Shown here one piece after another: positions 37,817 to 48,905 of a stretch of DNA of 64,000 bases; the stretch's first letter is position 1; each line of letters starts with the position of its first letter. The translations under genes were made by a program, and so were the position numbers. The notes under the pieces were generated by a model, which ran no database searches, was not told the origin of the DNA, and saw only the letters and a list, made by a program, of their open reading frames with translations. The stretch is from a virus (taxonomy: Duplodnaviria; Caudoviricetes), in IMG/VR virus record IMGVR_UViG_3300021400_001148, positions 1 through 64,000 of that record; one strand, written 5' to 3'.

Positions 37817-39294
37817 TAATTGTTGTTCATGTTGTAGTTCAGGTAGTTTTCCAAGTCTTTGGATGAAAAGGTGTAATACCCCCCGGATTTGTATTTCCTT
37901 AGAGCCTTTACATACAGGAGAAAATCCGTACTCCAAAGTTTTTCCTTGACCCATTGGAATATTTCCATTTGTTTGCGAATGTCTCCATCCTGCCCGTCGA
38001 CGGGAAGTATGTAAAGCCCTCCGTAGACACCTGTTCCCTCAGTAGCAATTGTGATTTTCGGTTTTGTCTGGGGAGAAATGAGCGATGAGACCGGTAGTTT
38101 CCATTTGTAAGTATCGTTAATGGCTTGTGTTCTGCCGAAGGCATACCAATGTTCGGTTGTTGCTCTGGATTCCAGTTTCTCACGGTTTTCCGAAAGCCAC
38201 CCATAAACCTCAGGACTCTGCTGGCTCAGTTCGTCTTCAGGAACCAGTTTTCCGTATGCATTGTAGGGGTAGATGATGTACTTGTGTTCTCCCGTAGATG
38301 ATTTTATAACTCCTCTCAGATGCCTCCCGATGTTTCGGCCGTCTTTGGGTGTATAAATGAAAACATTGTCTGCCAGTGTTGCAAACCCATTTTTCACTAT
38401 AAATTCCTTTTCACAGTCAGGACACTGCCAATTGGTAATATTCTTCAACAAGTCAATCGTTTCCGGTGAAGCAAAATAAAATTTTCCATTTATGGTCACA
38501 TCATCATAATCGAATGACCGGTGCCAACCCGATGTTGAAAATTCAATCCTTCTTGTGAACGAGTCTTTTATGAAATGGCAAATTGCAACATATGCCGTTA
38601 CATTTTCGAAAATTTGTCGATGACCATAGTCATAGACTGAAACCAAGTTTTTATTTTCGAGGATGTATTCTCTCAGCGGTCTTCCGGCTACGGAAGTAAA
38701 CCAAGATGAAGGGGATATATAAACCATATGTCCGTTTTCGTTAAGCATTCTGAACCCGAGTTCATAGAATGCGAGATACAAATCAGTCATACCCCCCTGC
38801 GTGAATTTATAGTCTTTTATGCTGTCTAAAGTAATGTCGTGCACCCTGACATATGGCGGGTTTCCGATTAGATAATCTATTTTTCCGTCATAATCGTGGC
38901 ATGAAAGAGCATCACAATTGCGTATATCCCACACAATTGGGCCAAACTTGTACCTGCCTTCATCAAAATGCCAACTAACAAGTTGATTCAGCCACGAAAC
39001 ACATTTTTTGCACGATTCTTCATTAGTTTCAATTCCGTGCACACAATTTTCCAACCACCACTTAAGGTCAGCATCCTCACGGGGGGTTCTGTGGAATCTA
39101 TGTTCTTGGAAGACCCTGTTCAGTATGCATACAAGCATGTTTCCGGTTCCACAACTGTTGTCCATAATATGTTTGTGGTTCCTCACCAAGGATTCATACG
39201 AAAAAAGTGGGTCAAGGTCAAACATAGTATCGCACATTTTTTCAATGACCGGTGTCGGGGTGTATATCTCCCCGGTTTTCTTTTTCTTAGCCAT
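37816..39294 (-). CDS. N6-adenine DNA methyltransferase (Eco57I/TaqI-like gamma class)
   Basis: GEIYTP, DNSCGTGNM, IGNPPYVR and DLYLAFYE motifs; no adjacent restriction endonuclease; minus-strand TATATTTG promoter. Confidence 0.9.
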   Translation of the reverse strand: MAKKKKTGEIYTPTPVIEKMCDTMFDLDPLFSYESLVRNHKHIMDNSCGTGNMLVCILNRVFQEHRFHRTPREDADLKWWLENCVHGIETNEESCKKCVSWLNQLVSWHFDEGRYKFGPIVWDIRNCDALSCHDYDGKIDYLIGNPPYVRVHDITLDSIKDYKFTQGGMTDLYLAFYELGFRMLNENGHMVYISPSSWFTSVAGRPLREYILENKNLVSVYDYGHRQIFENVTAYVAICHFIKDSFTRRIEFSTSGWHRSFDYDDVTINGKFYFASPETIDLLKNITNWQCPDCEKEFIVKNGFATLADNVFIYTPKDGRNIGRHLRGVIKSSTGEHKYIIYPYNAYGKLVPEDELSQQSPEVYGWLSENREKLESRATTEHWYAFGRTQAINDTYKWKLPVSSLISPQTKPKITIATEGTGVYGGLYILPVDGQDGDIRKQMEIFQWVKEKLWSTDFLLYVKALRKYKSGGYYTFSSKDLENYLNYNMNNN

Positions 39295-39360
39295 TACAAT
39301 ATTTTTCACAAATATACAAAAAAACTTGGGGATATTTATTTTATAATAAATGCTTTTTCA

Positions 39361-42300
39361 ATGGCAGAAATCACCGGAAAGACATTCAATTACAATAAAA
39401 CGGAACTCACCGTCAAGTTTCCACAAAACACCGGGACCACGGAAAATGTATATTCCGTACAGGTCAGCGGTACAGCCGTGGACGGTGTGACTCGTGTCTT
39501 ATCCAACACGGCCACAGTCCACCAGAATCCAAATGGGGCAATCTGGTTCAGCCCATCGGCATATTCCGGAGAAAGCGCTGGCGGAAATGCTGTTGTTGAG
39601 ATTTTTTTAGAAAATGTTGACGGCAGCACTTTACAGGTAACAGCGTGGGATGGGGCGTTTATCGTCAACCCCCATATTGAAAATGGGCAGATTCTTTTTT
39701 ATTTACGAGAAAACACCACTGCGGTTGGCCGTGGAGGCACTATAACAGTTTCCGGCTTTGACATAAATGGTGAAAGTATTGAATCTTCTCTTGAAATTGA
39801 ACAGGCTGCGGGGTTACCGGTTTCCATAAAAGTTTTGCCGGAAGAAACAGAGACTACATTCAGTGCGACCGAAGTCTTGTTCGGTATACAGATACTCAAT
39901 GGTAGCGTGGAATCTGGAACCATAGGCCTCGCCGCCCACTCGAGTAATGTCACAGAAAACAATCTGACGGTTTCCCAAGACGGGGCTACACTTGCAATTC
40001 CTGAAAACCAGAGTTACATCTCCCAAAACAAGTACACATTCAAAGTAAGTGCAATAACCACAAGTAACGAATATGTTGAGTCTAACGAGGCGGTTGTCCT
40101 ACAAAACCCAAGAACCACCAGCGGAACCTTGAGACTTACGGCCAGTTCTCGTGAAATATCATACTCTGCGAGAACCGCAACATTCAGGGTTGTCTCCGAG
40201 GGAATAGATAACATTGATGCTTGTGACGGACTTGGAACAATATCGGATGACATTCTGACGATTACTTTTCCGGCAAATGTTTCTTACACTGAAGAAATTT
40301 TTCTCAACGCCTGTGTTTCCGGCATTACTTCCAATGGCACAGTTGTAAGGGCTTATTCAATGGTGAAGCAGAGGAAGTGCCCCGGGCTTTTTCTCGGTGT
40401 TTCATCTGAAGACGCAAGACAACGGATGACTGATTTTGAACCGCAAGGCACCCCCTTTCAAATAGAGGCCCCGTGGTATACAACGTCTACGCTTCTTTGT
40501 TTTCTTTCGCCGAACCTGACAAATATAGGAATAAGTTCATTATCAGAGGGCGTTACAGCAGAAATCTTCAATGTTTCTGGGACTGTTTCTGTAACATTCC
40601 CACAGAATCTTGACGAATCTGGCATATCTGAACGAGTTCTTGTTGTCAGCGGCAAGACATCCGACGGGGGTGCTATCACTAAAACCTGTAAAATTATACA
40701 GGACGCTATGGCCGGTGGAAGAATAATCCTCGGCCTTCAGGGAAGCATTGAAACTACAGAAACCGATGTAGATTCATTGCCCCATACAATAAACCTTGAA
40801 TATCAGACCACAGGCGTTACAAATCTCGAAATCTCGTCTGCCACAAGACCAATTGGCATTGAAATATCGAAAGCCTTTTCCGGGGACAATGGAGTGACAA
40901 TAAATATTGGTGAAAACAGGTCGTATACACAGAACTGTTTTTATGAGGTGGTCGTCAAAGGAACCAACGGAAATGGTGATGAGGTAGTATCCAATGTGTT
41001 TACCATTGTTCAAGGACAAAAGGTAATTCCACCGGCAAGGATATTTTTCAATCTCGAAGGGTGTGACGGCACTGGTGAATGTGAATCTGATGTTGAGGAT
41101 TATTCCACCGGTGCAGCATATTCATATACATCTGAAAATATTAGCGAAGGTTCGCTCGAGGTGTTTTTCGACGAAGGAAGTGCAGACGATGCAACACTGT
41201 CTTTTGATTCGGAAAACGTATATATAAATTTTGATGGATACCCTGACGAAGACAAAACATATCATATTATCCTTAAAGGGTATGATTTGTCAGGGCAAAA
41301 TGAGATTGTGTGTCTTTCACCACTCACGGTTGTGCACCATGCAATGTCAATCCCTGTGTTGGAAGCAACCTTTGAAGGCGGCACGAGCGGAGAAATCGGC
41401 GTGGAGGTTGTTGCGAATTGTGACGAAACGGAGGCCATTCTAATCATAAGAGGCGAAAACCTCGATTTCTCTTACCTTCCAACCCTTTCAGGCCAGCGGT
41501 GCTCGTTTAGTGTCGGCCAATGGGAAAACCGGGTTTGCCAATGCACTGTTTCCTATCCCGAAAACGAAAATTACAGGGATGATACTCACGAATATGATGA
41601 ATACCATATAACCCTTTCAGCCGTTGCGTTGAATGGGGCTGCAGTTTCTTACGAAAAGGACATCGTAATAAAACAAAACCGTTGTAAAACCCCGCCGTCT
41701 GTTAACCTCACCCTTTCCAGAATAAACGGGGAAAACGTTCCCAGTGGCTCAACAATACCATATGATGCTGATAACATTACTTGGAAAATCACAACCTCTT
41801 ACATTCAATCCGGAACAGTTGAAATAACACTCCCGGAATCTGGCTCATTCATAAAAGATGTTGAGGAAGTCGTCAATGGCGAAGAAGAACTATGGGAAGG
41901 AGAGGCGTTGTCCAATCTCTACAAGAAGGAAAAACTTTGGAAGGTTTCATCTTCCCCGGAAACCACTCATATAACTGACACTGGAACGACACATATAGAG
42001 CAGAACAGTGGCACGACAACGAATATAGTGTCGATATCCGGAAACGGAATATCCTATTCAGCGGTTACTGCTTCTGTAATTGTCACAGCAGTCACATATG
42101 ACAGCGTCGTTGTTTATGCTCCGGGAGCCGGCGGTGAAGTGGTCCTCGAATATGGGCAGGGTATTGTGAACCCAACAATTGTCACTGGTGGTACCATCGG
42201 CTGCTGTACAGGAATTTCTTTGGACTCTGCCAATAGAAAAGTCATTGCAAGATTCACAGAAAACACTGGAAACACCGAATCGTCGCCTATTACAGTAAAG

Positions 42301-43119
42301 TTGAAAGATGGCGAAATTGAGACGAATACCCTGAACATTGTACAGGAGGAGCCCCCATATATACCACCATCCCTTCAGATAACGCTGGACAAGGTCAGTA
42401 CGGTTATGTATTCCGACAGTCTCATAGCAAGGGAAACTGCTGTAGCGTATTGGAAAGTGCAATATACCGGAATGCGGGAAGGAACCGTCGGTGCTGATTT
42501 GCAATCATCCACAAACATCGTGGCTGCTAACGGGACGAACCAGAGTGTCTCAGGTGAATTTACGCTCGTGACATCACTGCCCGGCGCAAACCCTCTAAGA
42601 ACCAACAGGGAAATAACCCCTGTCATTACCGGAACCAGCATATATTCAGATGATGTTACCGCAACCACATCTGAGAGTCAGGTGGGGATTATTGATATAA
42701 AATTGTTTTCACCGGCCAATGTGCGGGCGGAGGGTGATATCATATATTTGAGTGTTGCAACCACCAATGTTGAGATTGACAGTGTTGTATGCGACGATGA
42801 GGGAATACAGGATGCAATTGCTTACGTTTCCGGCACATCTTCAACCTCTGGCGTTGGGGTTACGATTTACAGTATTAATGTTCCATCAAATCTTTCCTGT
42901 TGGACCGACGAGGAGGCCATTTCGGCGGAGCAATATGAAATGACTGTATTCAAAGAGGGATATATCCCGTCAAAATTCGTGATTGAGTGCGGGGTGGATA
43001 AAGAAGTGAATATGTCCACACCGAAGGGACTCAGGGTCTTCACAGTTACGGTTTCCGGGCACGACGCGGCGGAGAATTCTTACATTGACTATGTGGTGAT
43101 TGTACAGAGACACACTTGA
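39361..43119 (+). CDS. Large multi-domain beta-sandwich (BACON-like repeat) structural or adhesin protein
   Basis: Repeated ~95-aa units (F/I-P-x-N...V(S/T)G...VxQ). Start moved to MAEITGK because TATTTAT lies at 39333 and the longer ORF overlaps the methyltransferase. Confidence 0.7.
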   Translation: MAEITGKTFNYNKTELTVKFPQNTGTTENVYSVQVSGTAVDGVTRVLSNTATVHQNPNGAIWFSPSAYSGESAGGNAVVEIFLENVDGSTLQVTAWDGAFIVNPHIENGQILFYLRENTTAVGRGGTITVSGFDINGESIESSLEIEQAAGLPVSIKVLPEETETTFSATEVLFGIQILNGSVESGTIGLAAHSSNVTENNLTVSQDGATLAIPENQSYISQNKYTFKVSAITTSNEYVESNEAVVLQNPRTTSGTLRLTASSREISYSARTATFRVVSEGIDNIDACDGLGTISDDILTITFPANVSYTEEIFLNACVSGITSNGTVVRAYSMVKQRKCPGLFLGVSSEDARQRMTDFEPQGTPFQIEAPWYTTSTLLCFLSPNLTNIGISSLSEGVTAEIFNVSGTVSVTFPQNLDESGISERVLVVSGKTSDGGAITKTCKIIQDAMAGGRIILGLQGSIETTETDVDSLPHTINLEYQTTGVTNLEISSATRPIGIEISKAFSGDNGVTINIGENRSYTQNCFYEVVVKGTNGNGDEVVSNVFTIVQGQKVIPPARIFFNLEGCDGTGECESDVEDYSTGAAYSYTSENISEGSLEVFFDEGSADDATLSFDSENVYINFDGYPDEDKTYHIILKGYDLSGQNEIVCLSPLTVVHHAMSIPVLEATFEGGTSGEIGVEVVANCDETEAILIIRGENLDFSYLPTLSGQRCSFSVGQWENRVCQCTVSYPENENYRDDTHEYDEYHITLSAVALNGAAVSYEKDIVIKQNRCKTPPSVNLTLSRINGENVPSGSTIPYDADNITWKITTSYIQSGTVEITLPESGSFIKDVEEVVNGEEELWEGEALSNLYKKEKLWKVSSSPETTHITDTGTTHIEQNSGTTTNIVSISGNGISYSAVTASVIVTAVTYDSVVVYAPGAGGEVVLEYGQGIVNPTIVTGGTIGCCTGISLDSANRKVIARFTENTGNTESSPITVKLKDGEIETNTLNIVQEEPPYIPPSLQITLDKVSTVMYSDSLIARETAVAYWKVQYTGMREGTVGADLQSSTNIVAANGTNQSVSGEFTLVTSLPGANPLRTNREITPVITGTSIYSDDVTATTSESQVGIIDIKLFSPANVRAEGDIIYLSVATTNVEIDSVVCDDEGIQDAIAYVSGTSSTSGVGVTIYSINVPSNLSCWTDEEAISAEQYEMTVFKEGYIPSKFVIECGVDKEVNMSTPKGLRVFTVTVSGHDAAENSYIDYVVIVQRHT

Positions 43120-43154
43120 CATACTCCCACGAATTCATTCGTGGAGTATGCCAA
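43116..43154. mobile_element. Minimal palindromic IS605-type end (PATE/REP-like)
   Basis: TTGACATACTCCCACGAATTCATTCGTGGAGTATGCCAA shares the CCACGAATTCATTCGTGG hairpin with the three cassettes. Confidence 0.6.
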
Positions 43155-43314
43155 TAAGAAATAATCGTCTAATATATGACAACATTAAGCGTCAGTAAAA
43201 GTGGATATAATACCAGTAGTGTAACAATAAATTAATAAGAAATAATCGTCTAATATATGACAACATTAAGCGTCAGTAAAAGTGGATATAATACCAGTAG
43301 TGTAACAATAAATT
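43153..43314 (+). repeat. Exact 81-bp tandem duplication spanning the start of the downstream gene
   Basis: 43153-43233 equals 43234-43314. Confidence 0.9.
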
Positions 43315-44597
43315 GCGGCGAGAGCTATTCGGTTTGCCTGTCTACGGGCTCAAAGACTGGAGTCACTGGTGTGAGTGTGCCTTCGGAGATTACTCTGTGC
43401 ACTTGTGGCAGTACTGCGTCCGTTTCGGTGTCCGCACTTCCTTCAGGTGCCACGGTTACCGGCTGGACAGTCACCAATGTTGATGGCGTTGACTCTGTCC
43501 TTTCACAGGGTAAGATTACTGTTTCCAACACCGCACAAGGAACGAGTGGAGACTTGATAACAATAACTGGTTCCAAGGTTGGTTTGGCTAAAGTGTCTGT
43601 AATAGCGAGGGATGATAATGGAACTTCCACAACTGGAGAGTTTACGGTTCTCATTACTACAGCCGAATCTGAAACCAACACGAAGATAGGTAGTAGAGGA
43701 TGGTTTAACCAATACAGGTTGCCGATGTTTAATGAAACAGACCTTACCAAATGTCCTACCAAGGAAGAGATTGTTGCTGCAGCACAAAGAGGGAACCTCG
43801 GCACAAATGCCGTCCTGACAATATCTGGCGATTGTGCAAACAACCAGTGTGTCAAGGAGGTGGTTGTAACTGTTACCCCTCCCCAGAGATATAGTTTCGC
43901 AGGATTAGAGATTGCTCCAGGCCCGTTGTATTACAATGGCAGTTCTTATGAGGTTAAGGACAGTTGGAACTACGATTCTTACAATTCCGTATACGGAAAG
44001 GCAGCGGGAAGTTATTATTTCAGTTTCATTGAGATGGGCCAGTTGTTTGAAAAGGCGGGCTTTTCCGCTTCCGACGGCAATATCGAAAACCTCCTCGACC
44101 CTCTGGACGGCTGGAGACTACCTACACAGGCCGAATGGGAGGCGATTACCATGAACACTTCGGTCCGTGATGGTTCTACTGTGAACGGTAGTGCAGGCAA
44201 GCATTATGCGATGATTCAACTCACCGGGGTGACACACGCCAGTTCTTCCACACCGAACGGACTGCTGTTATTCCCTGACGGAAAGACCATCACCGGCAAG
44301 ACCCTGTCCGGAATGGACAATTTTACACAGACCACCGGCGTGACACTGTCCGAGCTGAACGCGTATCTTGCTCAGGGTTGTGTATTCTTGCCGGGCTCCG
44401 GCACATACGAACCTGATGATATCCATACATACCTTCCCCCTTGGCAAAAAGGTGGTTACGACGGCTTCTATCGTTGCTCGACTGAGGAGTCAAGCAATAA
44501 CGGTTACGAACTGTATTTCACTGACGCCTACTCGTTCACAGATTTGACTAGAGATAAGACCATTACCTACAGTTCCATACGTCTTGTTCGAGAATAG
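43257..44597 (+). CDS. Ig-like plus C-type-lectin-fold (FISUMP/DUF1566-like) protein, probable receptor-binding or decoration protein
   Basis: VTGVSVP..I.L...V.V.ALPSGAT (Big_2-like); WRLPTQAEW, VFLPGSG and terminal SIRLVRE. Confidence 0.7.
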   Translation: MTTLSVSKSGYNTSSVTINCGESYSVCLSTGSKTGVTGVSVPSEITLCTCGSTASVSVSALPSGATVTGWTVTNVDGVDSVLSQGKITVSNTAQGTSGDLITITGSKVGLAKVSVIARDDNGTSTTGEFTVLITTAESETNTKIGSRGWFNQYRLPMFNETDLTKCPTKEEIVAAAQRGNLGTNAVLTISGDCANNQCVKEVVVTVTPPQRYSFAGLEIAPGPLYYNGSSYEVKDSWNYDSYNSVYGKAAGSYYFSFIEMGQLFEKAGFSASDGNIENLLDPLDGWRLPTQAEWEAITMNTSVRDGSTVNGSAGKHYAMIQLTGVTHASSSTPNGLLLFPDGKTITGKTLSGMDNFTQTTGVTLSELNAYLAQGCVFLPGSGTYEPDDIHTYLPPWQKGGYDGFYRCSTEESSNNGYELYFTDAYSFTDLTRDKTITYSSIRLVRE

Positions 44598-44682
44598 ATT
44601 GGTATGCTTTTTGTAGAATTATTCGTAGAAAGTTTGTATATTTGCAAACAACTACGAATAATTTTTTTTAAACTATTATAGT

Positions 44683-46509
44683 ATGAGTAAAAAAGCGATT
44701 GGAATTGACTTAGGCACAGGTAATTCTTGTGTTGCAGTCATGGAGGGCGGAAAACCCACGGTAATCATTAACGACGAGGGAAACAGAACTACGCCTTCGG
44801 TTATTGGTTTTGGAAAGGACGGCGAGATTAAAGTTGGCTCATCAGCAAAGAGACAGGCGGTCACAAACCCCACCAACACAGTCTCTTTTATAAAGAGGTT
44901 TATGGGCGAGAAATTTGACAATGTTTCATATGATGTGGAGCGTGCGGCTTATAAAGTAGTTAACAAAAACGGGTCGCCTCGCGTTGATATAAACGGAAAA
45001 CTCTATTCACCAGAGGAGATTAGTGCAATTATTCTCCAGAAGATGAAGAAGACTGCAGAAGATTATCTTGGGGAAGATATTAAGGACGCTGTCATTACTT
45101 GCCCCGCATACTATGACAATGAGGCAAGGAAAGCGGTGGAAAATGCCGGTAAGATTGCGGGTTTGAATGTCCTCAGAATCATCAATGAGCCTACCGCCGC
45201 AGCTCTTGCTTATGGTGTTGGCAAGGATAAAAAGGGTGGAAAGGTTGTGGTATATGATTTTGGCTCAGGAACAATCGACATCTCAGTACTTGATATCAGT
45301 GATGACAATGTGTTCGAGGTCCTTTCAACAAACGGTGACACCCATCTTGGAGGTGAAGATTTTGACAATGCAATAATCAACTGGCTGGCTGATGGCTTCA
45401 AAAAAGAGCATGGTGTTGACCTCAGGAAAGACCCTATGGCAGCACAGCGTTTGAAAGAGGCTGCTGAGAAGGCTAAAATTGAGTTGTCTTCACAGGTAAG
45501 CACCGAAATAAACCTCCCTTATATTACAGCAATTGAAAACCAGCCGATACACCTTGTAAAGACATTGACAAGAAGCACATTCGAAAACATTGCAGACGAT
45601 ATCTTCAAGAAGGCTATTGCTCCGGCACAGAAGGCTCTTGACCTAGCGAAACTCACAAAGAAAGACATTACCAATGTTATTTTGGTCGGCGGTTCAACAA
45701 GAATCCCTAAGGTTCAGGAGATTGTTAAGGACTTCTTCGGAATAGACCCGGACAAGAGTGTGAACCCTGACGAGGCTGTAGCTATTGGCGCTGCAATACA
45801 AGCGGGGGTTCTTACCGGGGACAGTAACACTGATGTACTGCTGCTTGATGTGCTGCCTATGAACATTGGTGTTGAAACGCTTGGTGAGGTGTTCACAACC
45901 TTGGTTGAAGCCAACACTACGATTCCGGCCAAAAAATCACAAGTTTTTTCCACCGCGGTCGATAATCAACCTAGTATTCAAGTCAATATTGCACAGGGCA
46001 TGAGGCCGATGTTCAAGGACAACAAACTCCTTGGTTCCTTCTTCCTTGATGGTATTGCACCTGCACCAAGGGGAGTTCCTCAGATTGAAGTTACAGTAGA
46101 TGTGGATGCTAATGGAATTATGACTGTCAGTGCTCAGGACAAGGCCACCGGCAAAGAGCAGCACATCCGTATCGAAGCCAATTCATCACTTTCAGAAGAG
46201 GAAATAAAACAAATGAAGGCCGAGGCCGAGGCGAATGAGGAGGCCGATAAAAAGCGTATTGAGGAAATCAACGCCCTGAACAATGCGGACGCCCTTGTTT
46301 TTCAAGTAGAGAAAGCAATGAAAGAGTTTGGGGACAAACTAACTGACGAACAGAAAAACCTTGTTACCCCGGTTCTTGAAGAAATTAAGTCTGCCGTCAA
46401 GGAAAAAAGAGCGGAGGATGCTACTGCCAAGGTTGACGAACTGAATAAACTCTGGCAGCCAATCATCACTTCTTTGTATCAGTCCACGGCGGAAACCAAG
46501 TCTGAATAA
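44683..46509 (+). CDS. dnaK: Hsp70 chaperone DnaK
   Basis: [45 protein letters not shown] and [10 protein letters not shown] motifs; short C-terminal tail. Confidence 0.97.
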   Translation: MSKKAIGIDLGTGNSCVAVMEGGKPTVIINDEGNRTTPSVIGFGKDGEIKVGSSAKRQAVTNPTNTVSFIKRFMGEKFDNVSYDVERAAYKVVNKNGSPRVDINGKLYSPEEISAIILQKMKKTAEDYLGEDIKDAVITCPAYYDNEARKAVENAGKIAGLNVLRIINEPTAAALAYGVGKDKKGGKVVVYDFGSGTIDISVLDISDDNVFEVLSTNGDTHLGGEDFDNAIINWLADGFKKEHGVDLRKDPMAAQRLKEAAEKAKIELSSQVSTEINLPYITAIENQPIHLVKTLTRSTFENIADDIFKKAIAPAQKALDLAKLTKKDITNVILVGGSTRIPKVQEIVKDFFGIDPDKSVNPDEAVAIGAAIQAGVLTGDSNTDVLLLDVLPMNIGVETLGEVFTTLVEANTTIPAKKSQVFSTAVDNQPSIQVNIAQGMRPMFKDNKLLGSFFLDGIAPAPRGVPQIEVTVDVDANGIMTVSAQDKATGKEQHIRIEANSSLSEEEIKQMKAEAEANEEADKKRIEEINALNNADALVFQVEKAMKEFGDKLTDEQKNLVTPVLEEIKSAVKEKRAEDATAKVDELNKLWQPIITSLYQSTAETKSE

Positions 46510-46653
46510 AAACAAACCCCCACTTCACAGCGGGGGTTTTTCAGTTGCATTGTGAAAGAACAACAAAAAAGCAATGCAACCATTTCTAAATAGGTTTCTC
46601 GTTTCGGAAAGTTTTTGTATATTTGCCAAAAATAAGAATCAAATTCAAATGTT

Positions 46654-47304
46654 TTGACAAAATCAAACAGAAAAGAAGATACCCGTCTCGAAAAATTGGT
46701 GAACGAGTATCTTGACAAGAAACTATTCAACAGAGAAGACAGTTATTTTAAGAAAGTTGAATGGGTAAACGACCAGCAGCGGCAGATTTCCGGAATTGAC
46801 ATAATCCTTACATCACCGGAACTAGGAATAGAAAATGGTTTGGTGGATATAAAGTCAGCAGTTAAATATTCCAATACATATCTCTCCACATATGCTCTCG
46901 AATGCAGTTCAAAAGACCGTCGCGGCGTAGAGAAAATCGGGTGGCTCATTGATGATGACAAAACCACGCAGTATTACCTACTTCTTTACCCGCGTAGTCA
47001 AAAATATTATACGGAGATGCAGACTGTGGACGATATTGAGTATATTGAGTATTATCTCGTTGAAAGAAAGAAAATCCTAAATTACCTTGAGTCCAAAGGT
47101 TATGGGAAACAGCGGATACTTGAGGTGGTGGACGGTTTGCGAAAAGATTTCGGATATATGTCTGGTGAAAAGGGTTTGAATGAGGATAGTACCGACCCCA
47201 ACTTCAGGTTTTACCTTACCGGATATCTTGCTGAACAGCCGATTAATGTTGTCATCAAACGGAATGTCTATGACAGAATAAGCATTTTACACGACAGAAT
47301 TTGA
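46654..47304 (+). CDS. PD-(D/E)xK nuclease-like hypothetical protein
   Basis: QISGIDIIL...VDIKS...TYALE pattern. Confidence 0.5.
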   Translation: MTKSNRKEDTRLEKLVNEYLDKKLFNREDSYFKKVEWVNDQQRQISGIDIILTSPELGIENGLVDIKSAVKYSNTYLSTYALECSSKDRRGVEKIGWLIDDDKTTQYYLLLYPRSQKYYTEMQTVDDIEYIEYYLVERKKILNYLESKGYGKQRILEVVDGLRKDFGYMSGEKGLNEDSTDPNFRFYLTGYLAEQPINVVIKRNVYDRISILHDRI

Positions 47305-47507
47305 TATGGAAGACACTACTGGAAGATGGAAGTTCATTGAACTCACCGACGGAACTATTGTTAATTCCTATGACATTATACTTTTGAATGTCGATACTGG
47401 CGAGGATGGTGAAAAGGCGTACAAACTGTACCTTCGGGGAAAAAAGATGACACTTGCCCTCACCAAAGATGATTACGACATCATTAGGAATTTTCTCTGT
47501 GGTTAAT

Positions 47508-47549
47508 GCGCCGGAAATGGAAAAGAGAAAGATATTTTAATTATATTTG
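47508..47549 (+). promoter_or_regulatory. GCGCC-N29-TAnnTTTG promoter
   Basis: GCGCC at 47508, TATATTTG at 47542. Confidence 0.7.
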
Positions 47550-47553
47550 CAGC

Positions 47554-47949
47554 ATGGAAAAACACGAGGGAAAATATTATATTCATGTCGAGTACACAAC
47601 TGGAGACTCATTCGGTAGTCAGGAAACCTATGAAGATGTGGACTACGGTTGGAATGATTTTGAAATTGCGGCGATAAACGCCAAGGCAATGGCTCAGCAC
47701 GCGAGAATATATGAGGAATCAGAATACAGCACAAAGGAAAAAACTGAAAACAAGTGTCGCGGACACTGGTGGTTGGCTAAGCCTGAGAACAATTACAGTA
47801 TAATCGACGAAAGGATTTATCTTACACTCGATAATGGGGACAAAGTTCTCTATCGCTGCCCTTGGTGTGGGTATTTTGAGCGGTTTCACAGTGCTGAAGT
47901 CAGAATAAATGAAAAACAATGCAAATTCACGAAATATGACAATTGTTGA
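47554..47949 (+). CDS. Phage hypothetical protein
   Basis: YTTGDSFG...WCGYFERFH pattern. Confidence 0.65.
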   Translation: MEKHEGKYYIHVEYTTGDSFGSQETYEDVDYGWNDFEIAAINAKAMAQHARIYEESEYSTKEKTENKCRGHWWLAKPENNYSIIDERIYLTLDNGDKVLYRCPWCGYFERFHSAEVRINEKQCKFTKYDNC

Positions 47950-48562
47950 TAATTTTGGAAAAATAAGTGAGTGTCTGCAGTTTGCAGAAGACCTTACACC
48001 GGATAAGGCTGGTGATTGGTTCTATATGATTCAGATTATGACCAGAACCAAGGACACCGGCGAACGCCCGCACATCTATCGGACCTATTTTTGCGAGTCA
48101 AGGAATTACCTTAAAACCCACGAGGAAGAAATCAAGTTCCTCTGTGAGAAGTTCAATGCAAGGGCATATATTGCGGTTAATCCCTCTTCTTACAAAACTT
48201 GTGCAATCAAGATGTTCAAGGAGCTGGCTGACATCATTGACAATGAATCTTACAAGAAAATTCTTTCTCTTCCGGAGACCTGCGCGGGTAAATATACCTG
48301 CGGCGGGGAAAACAAGAAGTGGATTGTTGACCTTGACAATATCAAGACGGAAGAAAACGCCAAACCTTACATTGAGGAGATTCAGAAGGTATACGATGAA
48401 GGCCGTAGTAGGGGTAATGGTATTACTTGGATTCCGACGGTTAATGGCTCCCACCTTCTTGTGAGCCCCTTTGATATGCGTGAGTTCAAGAAGAGATTTC
48501 CTACGATTGAAATTCATAAGGATAACCCCACAATACTTTATTATGGTAAGGCCGATGTTTAA
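47936..48562 (+). CDS. Phage hypothetical protein
   Basis: NARAYI...KWIVDLD...PTVNG.HL...PFD...IHKDNPTILY pattern. Confidence 0.65.
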   Translation: MTIVDNFGKISECLQFAEDLTPDKAGDWFYMIQIMTRTKDTGERPHIYRTYFCESRNYLKTHEEEIKFLCEKFNARAYIAVNPSSYKTCAIKMFKELADIIDNESYKKILSLPETCAGKYTCGGENKKWIVDLDNIKTEENAKPYIEEIQKVYDEGRSRGNGITWIPTVNGSHLLVSPFDMREFKKRFPTIEIHKDNPTILYYGKADV

Positions 48563-48905
48563 AGAATTTTTGTATATTTGCGAAAAGAATTTTTATGTAT
48601 AATCTCAGTGTTTTGACTGGTTTGGATAAAAGAGCCGATGGGTACCAGTCCCCCTTGAAGAAAATGTGTCTTAATTGTGTGTCTTGCACATTGTCACAGG
48701 ATGATGGCCCTGTATCCTGCATTAATCCAACAGTTTTGGAAGCCGGAAAAAAGAAGGTTCTTGAATCGCTTGATGGTCAGGACTTCGTTGTCGGAAATGT
48801 GGAAATTAAGGCAATGACACTTAAGGACCCCACGAAAAAGTGCAAGCAGTATGCGGTAAACCGTGCCGTTATTGATGATGAATTGAATGAAATTTTTGGC
48901 TAGTC

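Noticed and set aside
38968-39360. N-terminal 131 aa of the 1383-aa ORF
   Set aside because: It overlaps the minus-strand methyltransferase and its promoter; the TATTTAT motif and composition point to a start at 39361.
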